From: Clostridia bacterium
GTDB taxonomy: Bacteria > Bacillota > Clostridia > UMGS1883 > UMGS1540
NCBI GenBank assembly: GCA_045578225.1
Contig: JAZNJV010000022.1
Coordinates: forward strand, 1-43,404
DNA: 43,404 bases
Direction: 5' to 3'
Under the pieces are notes generated by a model. The model was not told the DNA's origin. It worked only from the letters and a program-made list of their open reading frames with translations, and did not search any database. The position numbers and the translations under genes were made by a program. The stretch's first letter is position 1. Every line of letters starts with the position of its first letter. Below, piece after piece: positions 1 through 6,983 of the stretch.

Positions 1-18
1 TGGTGGGCCCTCAGGGAC
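1..18 (-). repeat. Orphan 18-nt copy of the 3' end of the tRNA-Met(CAU) gene (possible att-type direct repeat)
   Basis: tggtgggccctcagggac at 1-18 is identical to 206-223 (CCA end, discriminator, 3' acceptor strand and start of the T arm of the tRNA at 206-282). Identity stops at nt 19 and no tRNA body follows. Confidence 0.6.
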
Positions 19-95
19 ACAGCCGCTTCGCGTCTTGCGTGCTTGCCGACCCAAATGCTTCGCATTTCGGTACCCGACGCGCACCACTCACCTAC

Positions 96-118
96 AAAAC
101 AGTCCCCCGGACTGTTTT
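96..118. terminator. Bidirectional stem-loop, likely intrinsic terminator
   Basis: aaaacagtcc / ccc / ggactgtttt forms a perfect 10-bp stem with a 3-nt loop. The A-tract and T-tract arms give a U-run after the GC core on either strand. Confidence 0.5.
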
Positions 119-167
119 GCTTCACGGCTCGTGCCCTCACAGAGAGCGAGTCCCTTTTAATAAAAGG

Positions 168-210
168 CACCAACAAAAAAAGACACACAAGGTGTCTTTT
201 TTTGTTGGTG
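168..210 (-). terminator. Long hairpin terminator directly after tRNA-Met; one arm includes the tRNA CACCA end
   Basis: Arm 168-186 (caccaacaaaaaaagacac) is the exact reverse complement of 192-210 (gtgtctttttttgttggtg), with a 5-nt loop. The core GACAC/GUGUC stem is followed by U7 on the minus-strand transcript. Confidence 0.6.
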
Positions 211-282
211 GGCCCTCAGGGACTCGAACCCGGGACCGTTCGGTTATGAGCCGAATGCTCTAACCAACTGAGCTAAGGGCCC
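206..282 (-). tRNA. tRNA with CAU anticodon (elongator tRNA-Met type; a lysidine-modified tRNA-Ile2 cannot be excluded), CCA encoded
   Basis: The reverse complement is GGGCCCTTAGCTCAGTTGGTTAGAGCATTCGGCTCATAACCGAACGGTCCCGGGTTCGAGTCCCTGAGGGCCCACCA. It has a 7-bp acceptor stem, a GTTCGAGT T loop and anticodon loop CTCATAA. It lacks the initiator features (no 1:72 mismatch, no GGG/CCC anticodon stem). Confidence 0.9.
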
Positions 283-436
283 TTATTGGGAGCAAGTGTT
301 TTCATCTCTTCCTACTTCCAAAATCCCCGGCCCCCGAAAAGCTCCGCTTTTTGGGGAGAAGGAGGAGTAAGGAAGTGGATGGATGTTTCCGCCCTTGCGG
401 CGGAAACGGAATCAAACGTACTTTACTCCGACGTGG

Positions 437-511
437 TGGTGACCCCTACGAGAATCGAACTCGTGTTACCGCCGTGAAAGGGCGATGTCTTAACCGCTTG
501 ACCAAGGGGCC
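437..511 (-). tRNA. tRNA-Glu (UUC), CCA encoded
   Basis: The reverse complement is GGCCCCTTGGTCAAGCGGTTAAGACATCGCCCTTTCACGGCGGTAACACGAGTTCGATTCTCGTAGGGGTCACCA. The anticodon loop is CTTTCAC. The sequence closely resembles Firmicute tRNA-Glu. Confidence 0.92.
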
Positions 512-542
512 ACGAAGTGCCTAAAAGGCACTTGCAGGGTAC

Positions 543-571
543 AGTATACCATATATTTTTCGAAATTGCAA
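543..571 (-). promoter_or_regulatory. Sigma-A type promoter for the tRNA-Glu/tRNA-Met unit
   Basis: The minus strand reads TTGCAA, a 17-nt spacer, then TATACT. The -10 lies about 30 nt upstream of the tRNA-Glu 5' end. Confidence 0.6.
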
Positions 572-579
572 CCCTTTTT

Positions 580-1671
580 TTATCGGCCGCTGTATTTTTC
601 GAGCCGCGCGAGGACTTTTTCGGCGGCATCTCCGGAAAGCGGCGTCGGTTTATAATCGTTTCTATCGGTACAGGACGAAATGCGGCAGGGAATGATTTCG
701 CTTTTCCACGCGCCCATCATTTTCCCGTCCATTGTTTCACGTGAAATCTGATAGATAAAGCAGTCTTTATCGACAGGGTTATGATTGCCGCCAAAGCAGA
801 AATTGCCGAGGCTATACACAATTTCGCGGCCTTTGTATTCCTCAATCCCTTGGATTACGTGCGGATGGTGCCCGATTACGCCGTCGGCACCCATGTCGAT
901 CGCGTACCGGCCGATGGCTTTTTGCACGTCGTAGGGGTAATTTTCGCCCTCAAGACCCCAGTGAAAGCTCATAAACACCGCGTCGGCACCCATATTCCGG
1001 AGCGTGTCGATAGCCGTTTTTATGTTCTTTCTTACCTCGCCGTCGTCATACCAAATGGAAAACGCGGCGTAGCCTATGTATGTTTCGTCTTTCGCTTTCT
1101 CGCGTCCCTCTTTTACTACTTCCGTTTTGTCGGGCGAGACGGCAAAAAGGGCATACTGCTTGCCTGCGGCGTACTCGATTTTGGCTTCTCGAAGCGCTTT
1201 TTTCGTATCCTGATACCCGACCTCCAGAAAATCGTACGTATGGTTATTTGCAAGGGAAACGACCTCAATATCGCCAGCCTTTAAAATCTCCGTATAGTGT
1301 GCGGGGCCTTTAAAGGTGTACGTTTTCTCGGCGCGCACGGCGCTTTCTGTGAGCGTCCCTTCGAAATTTACAAACGAAATCGTGTCCTTCTCAAAAATCG
1401 GGCGCACGTTTTCAAAAAAGTACGCGTGATTTTCGCCTTCCAGCGCAAACCTTTCGTGAAAACTGCCTGCGTAGGAAAACTTCGGGTCACTTCCGAGCGT
1501 GCAGTCCCCTGCGAAGGAAAGCGTAATCGTATCCCGCACGGGGGGCGGGGGCGTTTGCACGGCCGAGGCAGGGGCCGCTTTTCGCTTTGCGGCCAAAATG
1601 CCGCCACAAATTCCTAAAGCGAGCGCTACCGCGGCCGCGGTAGCGCATAAAATCAGCTTTCTGTTTCTCAT
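580..1671 (-). CDS. CapA/PgsA-family metallophosphoesterase-like protein (poly-gamma-glutamate capsule synthesis family), membrane anchored
   Basis: 363 aa with an N-terminal hydrophobic anchor. Family-typical motifs are present: [40 protein letters not shown] and SLGNFCFG. The start overlaps the serS stop (ATGA). Confidence 0.75.
   Translation of the reverse strand: MRNRKLILCATAAAVALALGICGGILAAKRKAAPASAVQTPPPPVRDTITLSFAGDCTLGSDPKFSYAGSFHERFALEGENHAYFFENVRPIFEKDTISFVNFEGTLTESAVRAEKTYTFKGPAHYTEILKAGDIEVVSLANNHTYDFLEVGYQDTKKALREAKIEYAAGKQYALFAVSPDKTEVVKEGREKAKDETYIGYAAFSIWYDDGEVRKNIKTAIDTLRNMGADAVFMSFHWGLEGENYPYDVQKAIGRYAIDMGADGVIGHHPHVIQGIEEYKGREIVYSLGNFCFGGNHNPVDKDCFIYQISRETMDGKMMGAWKSEIIPCRISSCTDRNDYKPTPLSGDAAEKVLARLEKYSGR
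733..748. promoter_or_regulatory. Degenerate parS-like site inside the capA-like gene
   Basis: TGTTTCACGTGAAATC matches 14 of 16 positions of the perfect TGTTTCACGTGAAACA sites at 5168 and 5206. Confidence 0.4.
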
Positions 1672-2936
1672 TTCTCAATTACGTCGGTGCCCATGTACGG
1701 ACGAAGCACCTCAGGCACACGAATACTGCCGTCGCCGTTTTGGAAGTTTTCCAAAATCGCGGCAACCGTTCTGCCCACAGCGACGCCCGAGCCGTTTAAG
1801 GTGTGCACGAGCTGTGCTTTGCCGTTGCCGTCGCGGAAACGAATGGAAGCGCGGCGCGCCTGGAAATCCTCAAAGTTACTGCAGGAGGAAATTTCCACGT
1901 ATCTGCCGTAGCTCGGCATCCAAACTTCAATGTCATATTTCATCGCGGCTGTAAAGCCAAGGTCGCCCACGCAAATTTTTACAACGCGGTACGGAAGGCC
2001 GAGACCCTGCAACACGCTTTCGGCGTCGCGCGTTAATTTTTCGAGTTCTTCATAGGAATCTTCCGGGCGTGTAAACTTTACAAGCTCTACCTTATTAAAC
2101 TGGTGCTGGCGGATAAGGCCGCGTGTGTCGCGCCCTGCGCTGCCTGCCTCCGCTCTAAAGCAGGCGGAATAGGCGGCATGCTTTATGGGAAGGTCGGCAC
2201 CGTCTAAAATCTGGTCTCTATAGAGGTTTGTAACAGGCACTTCCGCGGTCGGGATAAGGAAATACTCGGTGCCGCTTACTTTAAAGGCATCTTCTTCAAA
2301 TTTCGGCAGCTGTCCTGTGCCGACCATGCTGTTTCTGTGCACCATGTACGGCGGCAGAATTTCGGTGTAGCCGTTTTCTCTTGTGTGCTTATCGAGGAAA
2401 TAGCTGATAATGGCGCGCTCAAGTCTCGCCCCAAGGCCGCGGTACACGGTAAAGCGCGTACCTGTAATTTTACCGGCCGAAGCAAAGTCCAAAATCCCAA
2501 GGTTTTCGCCAAGGTCCCAGTGTGCCTTCGGCTCAAACGGAAACTCTGTCGGCTCGCCGAATTTACGAATTTCCACATTGTCCTCATCGGTGTCGCCGTC
2601 GGGCACGGTGGGGTTCGGGATATTCGGGATGGAGAGCATCTTCTTCTGGAGTTCTTCTTCCACTTCGCGCGTTTCCGCGTCGAGGGCTTTTACCTTATCG
2701 GAAATTTCACGCATTTCGGCGAGTATGGCCGTGGTGTCCTCTCCGTTTTTCTTCATTTTCGGAATTTCCTTCGAAACTTCATTCTGGCGCGCCTTCATCT
2801 GCTCGGCTTCAAAAAGAAGCTCGCGGCGCTTTTCATCGAGCGCCAAAACCGCGTCGATATCCACGTCTTCCTTTCTGCGTGCGAGTGCGGCCTTTATTTC
2901 TTCGGTTTCTGTGCGTAATCTTTTAATATCCAGCAT
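1668..2936 (-). CDS. serS: Seryl-tRNA synthetase
   Basis: 422 aa with an N-terminal coiled-coil arm and class II motifs ([34 protein letters not shown]). Confidence 0.95.
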   Translation of the reverse strand: MLDIKRLRTETEEIKAALARRKEDVDIDAVLALDEKRRELLFEAEQMKARQNEVSKEIPKMKKNGEDTTAILAEMREISDKVKALDAETREVEEELQKKMLSIPNIPNPTVPDGDTDEDNVEIRKFGEPTEFPFEPKAHWDLGENLGILDFASAGKITGTRFTVYRGLGARLERAIISYFLDKHTRENGYTEILPPYMVHRNSMVGTGQLPKFEEDAFKVSGTEYFLIPTAEVPVTNLYRDQILDGADLPIKHAAYSACFRAEAGSAGRDTRGLIRQHQFNKVELVKFTRPEDSYEELEKLTRDAESVLQGLGLPYRVVKICVGDLGFTAAMKYDIEVWMPSYGRYVEISSCSNFEDFQARRASIRFRDGNGKAQLVHTLNGSGVAVGRTVAAILENFQNGDGSIRVPEVLRPYMGTDVIEK

Positions 2937-2949
2937 TTTGTCCCTCTCC

Positions 2950-3372
2950 TTAGTCTAAGTTTCTCGTAATTTTCGATTTTACATAATTATAACGGCTCAA
3001 AATTCTCGGCTTTAACATTTCGGGGTCTACCGCATCGAGTACGCGCTTTGCGTCTCTCCAGTCTCCGCTTTCGCAAAAGCCGTCCGCTTCATAAATGGCT
3101 TCCACCGCATCGGCATATGTGCCGCCGCGATATTCTTCAAGCTCCGCCGTCAGCTGTCTTACTTTTTCTTCGAGACCGGAAATGGTCACCGCGTTTTTCG
3201 TTTTCTCTTCGTTTAGCGCCGCATTTTCCGTTTGCAGACTTTGCACGCGACTCTCATAATTTTCGTTTGCTTTTCTGTAATCCGTCATCGCAAGGCTTAA
3301 AAGTACAAGCACGAGCGCCACGGTAAACAGAATGATGGTATAAATCCAAAAAGACTTCGATTTTGTGTTCAT
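2950..3372 (-). CDS. Membrane-anchored coiled-coil protein, function unknown
   Basis: 140 aa with one N-terminal TM helix ([22 protein letters not shown]), then a heptad-like segment. An RBS (AAGGGTGA) lies upstream and the gene ends 13 nt before serS. Confidence 0.6.
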   Translation of the reverse strand: MNTKSKSFWIYTIILFTVALVLVLLSLAMTDYRKANENYESRVQSLQTENAALNEEKTKNAVTISGLEEKVRQLTAELEEYRGGTYADAVEAIYEADGFCESGDWRDAKRVLDAVDPEMLKPRILSRYNYVKSKITRNLD

Positions 3373-3490
3373 TTTTGTTCACCCTTTCTTAAAGCGTTCA
3401 AATTTCTCTTCTGCGCGATTTTTTACTTTTTTAATATGGTTTCATTTCTTTTTCATTTTTCGTGCCTTAGAGGTCAATTTTGAAAGCCGC

Positions 3491-4333
3491 TTAAATTCCA
3501 AATTTTTCCATAATTCGTTCAAATTCGCCGTCAGCCGCGTATGTTATCTCAATTTTACCCTTTTTGGCGTTGCCGCAGATTTTTACGCGAAGGCCAAGCT
3601 TTTTTGAAAAGCGTTCTTCGAGATCCCGAATTTCGGCGGTGTATTTTACAGGCGCTTTTTTCTCGGAGCGACCAAGGCTTACAAGGCGTTCCAATTCTCT
3701 CACCGAAAGACCTTCCGCGATGACTCTTTCGGCAAGGGCGAGCTGTTCGGCATCGGGGGCGGCGAGGAGCGTTCTCGCATGCCCTGCGGAAATTTTCCCG
3801 TTTCGTACCATCTCTCGCACAGGCTCCTTCAGCGCCAGAAGACGCAGTGCGTTTGCTACAGCGCTGCGGCTTTTGCCGATTTTTTCGCTCACCTCTTCTT
3901 GCGTCATGCCGTATAAATCCATGAGATTTCTAAATCCGTCGGCCTCTTCCATCGGATTTAAGTTTTCACGCTGGAGATTTTCGATGAGCGCAATTTCGCT
4001 GGCCGTTTTATCATCATACTCGCGTACAATGGCCGGAATTTCCTGTAAATTTGCCATACGTGCGGCACGCCAGCGGCGTTCGCCTGCAATAATCGTATAA
4101 AATCCGTTTTCATTTTTCACAACCACAATCGGCTGAATAATGCCGTGCTCCCGCACGGAAGCTGCAAGCTCCGAAAGGGCTTCGGGGTCAAACGTTTTAC
4201 GCGGCTGTGCGCGGTTTGGCTCTACTTCGGTAATTCTGAGAGAAACAACCGCATCGCCGCTCTCCGCCTCGCTCAAAACCGGATCGGAAATAAAAAGTGC
4301 GTCAAGCCCTTTACCAAGTCCTCGTTTTGCCAT
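3491..4333 (-). CDS. parB: ParB/Spo0J chromosome partitioning protein
   Basis: 280 aa. N-terminal GLGKGLDALF, the ParB-box GERRWRAA (CTP-binding motif) and an HTH segment are present. Confidence 0.93.
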   Translation of the reverse strand: MAKRGLGKGLDALFISDPVLSEAESGDAVVSLRITEVEPNRAQPRKTFDPEALSELAASVREHGIIQPIVVVKNENGFYTIIAGERRWRAARMANLQEIPAIVREYDDKTASEIALIENLQRENLNPMEEADGFRNLMDLYGMTQEEVSEKIGKSRSAVANALRLLALKEPVREMVRNGKISAGHARTLLAAPDAEQLALAERVIAEGLSVRELERLVSLGRSEKKAPVKYTAEIRDLEERFSKKLGLRVKICGNAKKGKIEITYAADGEFERIMEKFGI

Positions 4334-4355
4334 GCATTCCCTTCCTTCCTATATA

Positions 4356-5120
4356 TTATTTCTGTCCTTCTAAAACTTCTTCCGCGAGATCCGTATAGCT
4401 TTCTGCGCCGCGGCTGGACGGGTCATACACAATAACCGGTTGCCCAAAGCCGGGGGCCTCAGAAAGGCGAACGTTGCGCGGAATAATGGTGCGATATACC
4501 TTTTCGGGGAAAAACTTCTTTACTTCATCCACAACCTGAATGGCGAGATTGGTGCGCGAGGAAAACATCGTCATCAGAACACCCTCAATCTCGATTTTCG
4601 GGTTTAGAAGCTTTTTCACGCGTTTTATCGTAGCCGTCAACTGGCTGAGCCCTTCCAGCGCGTAATATTCGCACTGAATCGGCATCAGCACGGAGCCTGC
4701 GGCCGTGAGCGCATTGAGTGTGACAAGACCGAGCGACGGCGGGCAGTCAATAAAAATAAAGTCATAGTTATTTTCTATCGGCGCAAGCGCTTCTTTTAGG
4801 CGATATTCCCTTGCCATGACGCCTACAAGTTCAATTTCCGCCCCCGAAAGCGCGATGCTCGACGGGCATACGGAAAGATTCGGGAAGGCCGTTTTTACAA
4901 TGATTTCTTCCATCGAAGCGGAGCGAATAAGAATATCATAAATGGAATTTTCAATGGTACGGTTATCTATGCCGAGACCGCTTGTGGCATTCCCCTGCGG
5001 ATCCATGTCAATCAGCAGCACGCGTTTGCCTTTTTTGGCGATACACGCCGCCAAATTCACGGCCGTTGTCGTTTTGCCAACACCGCCTTTTTGGTTAGCG
5101 ATTGCAATAATTCTTGCCAT
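4356..5120 (-). CDS. parA: ParA/Soj partitioning ATPase
   Basis: 254 aa with the deviant Walker A motif KGGVGKTT and family-wide similarity. Confidence 0.93.
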   Translation of the reverse strand: MARIIAIANQKGGVGKTTTAVNLAACIAKKGKRVLLIDMDPQGNATSGLGIDNRTIENSIYDILIRSASMEEIIVKTAFPNLSVCPSSIALSGAEIELVGVMAREYRLKEALAPIENNYDFIFIDCPPSLGLVTLNALTAAGSVLMPIQCEYYALEGLSQLTATIKRVKKLLNPKIEIEGVLMTMFSSRTNLAIQVVDEVKKFFPEKVYRTIIPRNVRLSEAPGFGQPVIVYDPSSRGAESYTDLAEEVLEGQK

Positions 5121-5152
5121 GGCGATTTCCTTTCTTTTTGTAGTCTGTCCTC

Positions 5153-5187
5153 ATTATATCATAAAAATGTTTCACGTGAAACAAAAA
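5153..5187 (-). promoter_or_regulatory. Candidate parAB promoter (extended -10) overlapping parS-1
   Basis: The minus strand reads TGaTATAAT (-10 at 5153-5158). The -35 position (TTTCAC) is weak and falls inside the parS palindrome at 5168-5183. Confidence 0.45.
5168..5183. promoter_or_regulatory. parS site 1 (perfect consensus)
   Basis: TGTTTCACGTGAAACA is the canonical 16-bp ParB/Spo0J binding palindrome. Confidence 0.9.
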
Positions 5188-5205
5188 AGCAAAAAAAATA
5201 AAAAA

Positions 5206-5221
5206 TGTTTCACGTGAAACA
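5206..5221. promoter_or_regulatory. parS site 2 (perfect consensus)
   Basis: TGTTTCACGTGAAACA lies 38 bp from site 1, separated by an A-rich spacer. Confidence 0.9.
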
Positions 5222-5309
5222 TTTTTGCCCCTTTTCAATGCCTCTTTTTTGCCCTTGTTTTTTACCCCTTTTTTGCATAGAATTCCCTTGAAAATTTTTT
5301 ATTTTTTTA

Positions 5310-5338
5310 TTGCAAAAGCAGGTTTTTTTTGGTATAAT
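5310..5338 (+). promoter_or_regulatory. dnaA promoter
   Basis: TTGCAA, a 17-nt spacer, then TATAAT. It lies 200 nt upstream of the dnaA ATG. Confidence 0.6.
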
Positions 5339-5371
5339 ATAAGAAGATTTACCGTATGCGGAAAAAATGCG

Positions 5372-5488
5372 TTTTCCACACTGTTTTCCCGCGGTTTTTC
5401 ACTTTTCCACCGAGTTATCCACATAAAACAAGCTATTTTTGCCCGTTTTTTTAAGTTTTCCACATAGGCACTTTTTAAGTTATCCTAC
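5372..5488 (+). promoter_or_regulatory. Upstream oriC DnaA-box cluster
   Basis: Boxes are TTTTCCACA 5372-5380, TTTTCCACC 5403-5411, TTATCCACA (perfect) 5415-5423, TTTTCCACA 5456-5464 and TTATCCTAC 5480-5488. All share one orientation and lie between the promoter and the dnaA start. Confidence 0.8.
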
Positions 5489-5537
5489 TTTTGCACGGGC
5501 AATTTCAATATACTTTTCGAAAGGAATTTTACGCGTA

Positions 5538-6851
5538 ATGAACGGTGAACTTTTAAACATCTGGAATCACGTTCTGCCCCTCATTGAGGAAGAAGTTACA
5601 CCTGTTGGCTATAAGACCTGGATACTATCGATTTCCCCTCAAAATTTAGAAAACGGCTTTCTACACGTTTCCGTGCCGAACGATGTGAATAAGAACATGG
5701 TAGACCATCGGTATAAAGAGCTTATCCAAAACGCTTTTTATGAAGTTTGCGGCAATCGCTGCACGCTTGTAGTGCACATCGGCACGGAGGAACCGCAAGA
5801 AGAAAAGAAAGAGCCGCGCGCCGCGCGCAATCTCGGCATGCCGCTCAATCCCAAATATACGTTTGACAGCTTCGTGGTCGGCGGCTCAAACCGCTTTGCC
5901 CATGCGGCGTCCCTCGCTGTTGCCGAAACACCCGCGAGAACGTATAACCCCCTCTTTCTCTACGGCGGTGTAGGGCTTGGTAAAACGCACCTTCTCCACG
6001 CCATCGGCAATTTCATTATTGAAAATAACAGCGATATGAAGGTTATGTACATTTCTGCTGAAACCTTCACAAATGAGCTTATCAATTCCATTAAAGATTC
6101 GAAGAATGATGAATTTCGCGAAAAATACCGCTCTGTGGACGTTTTAATGGTCGATGATATTCAGTTCATCGCAGGCAAAAAAGTCACAGAGGAAGAGTTT
6201 TTCCATACGTTTAACACGCTGTATGATGCAAACAAGCAGATTATTATCACGAGTGACCGCCCGCCGAAGGAAATTAAAACCCTCGAGGAACGGCTTCGTT
6301 CCCGCTTTGAATGGGGTATTATCGGCGATTTATATGCACCGGACTATGAGACGCGCTTCGCAATTCTCAGAAAAAAGGCACAGCTTGAAAATATCACCAT
6401 CGGCGATGAAATTTTAGAGCTGATTGCCGATAAAATTACCTCGAACATTCGCGAGCTTGAAGGCGTTTTCAATCGCGTTATCGCCTATCGCGGCCTTATC
6501 AACAGCGAAATTACGATTGATGTCGCACTTGACGCGATGAAGAGCTACCATGCCACCGGCGGCCCGCGTGCCACGGCGGACGAAATTGTGGAAGCTTGCG
6601 TAAAATTCTATCATGTGAAAAAAGAAGATATTATGAGTGCAAAGCGCACAAAGCCGATTGCAAGGGCAAGGCAGGTTGCGATGTATTTAATGCGTGAAAT
6701 ACTCGGTCTTTCGAATTTAAAGATTGCCAAGTATTTTGAAAAGCACCATACCACGATTATGTACGGCATTGAAGAAGTAGAAAAAATAATCAGTGAGGAC
6801 CCGTCTTTCCAAATGGAAATTTCCACACTGAAAAAGGATATCACGGAATAG
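5538..6851 (+). CDS. dnaA: Chromosomal replication initiator DnaA
   Basis: Start set at ATG 5538 (MNGELLNIWNHVL...). Walker A GGVGLGKTHL, Walker B VLMVDDIQF and a C-terminal DNA-binding domain (...HHTTIMYG...) are present. The longer ORF from 5439 runs through the DnaA boxes. Confidence 0.95.
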   Translation: MNGELLNIWNHVLPLIEEEVTPVGYKTWILSISPQNLENGFLHVSVPNDVNKNMVDHRYKELIQNAFYEVCGNRCTLVVHIGTEEPQEEKKEPRAARNLGMPLNPKYTFDSFVVGGSNRFAHAASLAVAETPARTYNPLFLYGGVGLGKTHLLHAIGNFIIENNSDMKVMYISAETFTNELINSIKDSKNDEFREKYRSVDVLMVDDIQFIAGKKVTEEEFFHTFNTLYDANKQIIITSDRPPKEIKTLEERLRSRFEWGIIGDLYAPDYETRFAILRKKAQLENITIGDEILELIADKITSNIRELEGVFNRVIAYRGLINSEITIDVALDAMKSYHATGGPRATADEIVEACVKFYHVKKEDIMSAKRTKPIARARQVAMYLMREILGLSNLKIAKYFEKHHTTIMYGIEEVEKIISEDPSFQMEISTLKKDITE

Positions 6852-6903
6852 TTTTCCACACCCCGTTTTGCCTGTTTTATCGGGCGTTTTCGGCTTTTCC
6901 ACC
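6852..6903 (+). promoter_or_regulatory. Downstream oriC DnaA boxes (dnaA-dnaN spacer)
   Basis: TTTTCCACA at 6852-6860 and TTTTCCACC at 6895-6903. Confidence 0.65.
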
Positions 6904-6914
6904 GTATCCGCATA

Positions 6915-6952
6915 CTCTACTATGATTACTATATTTTAATTATATATATATG
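6915..6952. other. AT-rich DNA unwinding element with candidate DnaA-trios
   Basis: The sequence is ctctactatgattactat followed by attttaattatatatatat. On the bottom strand 6917-6931 reads TAG TAA TCA TAG TAG. A GC-richer spacer (gtatccgc) separates it from the last DnaA box. Confidence 0.55.
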
Positions 6953-6983
6953 CGTTTTCGAGAAAACGAAGGAGGATGTACGC

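Noticed and set aside
19-205. Possibility that the segment after the orphan tRNA 3' end is itself an RNA gene (tRNA with intron, tmRNA or another tRNA-like RNA).
   Set aside because: The reverse complement has no D arm, anticodon arm or T-loop (no GTTCRANY). No 5' strand is able to pair with the GGGCCC acceptor copy, and the ending is not tmRNA-like. Only two terminator-type hairpins are evident. A covariance-model scan would be needed to be certain.
2950-3372. Assigning the 140-aa gene after parB to the DUF4446 family often found at this position in Firmicutes.
   Set aside because: The protein has the expected N-terminal TM helix and coiled coil. However, it lacks the C-terminal motif I associate with that family, so it is left as an uncharacterised coiled-coil membrane protein.
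3373-3490. Search for a T-box riboswitch or other leader upstream of the coiled-coil gene/serS.
   Set aside because: The 118-nt spacer is too short for a T-box. It lacks the conserved T-box 14-mer and a specifier/antiterminator arrangement.
5439-5537. N-terminal 33-codon extension of the dnaA ORF offered by the ORF track (start at 5439).
   Set aside because: The extension runs straight through three DnaA boxes, has no RBS, and is not DnaA-like. The ATG at 5538 gives the conserved N-terminus (MNGELLNIWNHVL). Similar extensions were trimmed for gyrB (9624-9677), recG (25809-25829), the DUF3798 lipoprotein (16282-16386), DUF4363 (25100-25264), greA and the deacetylase gene.
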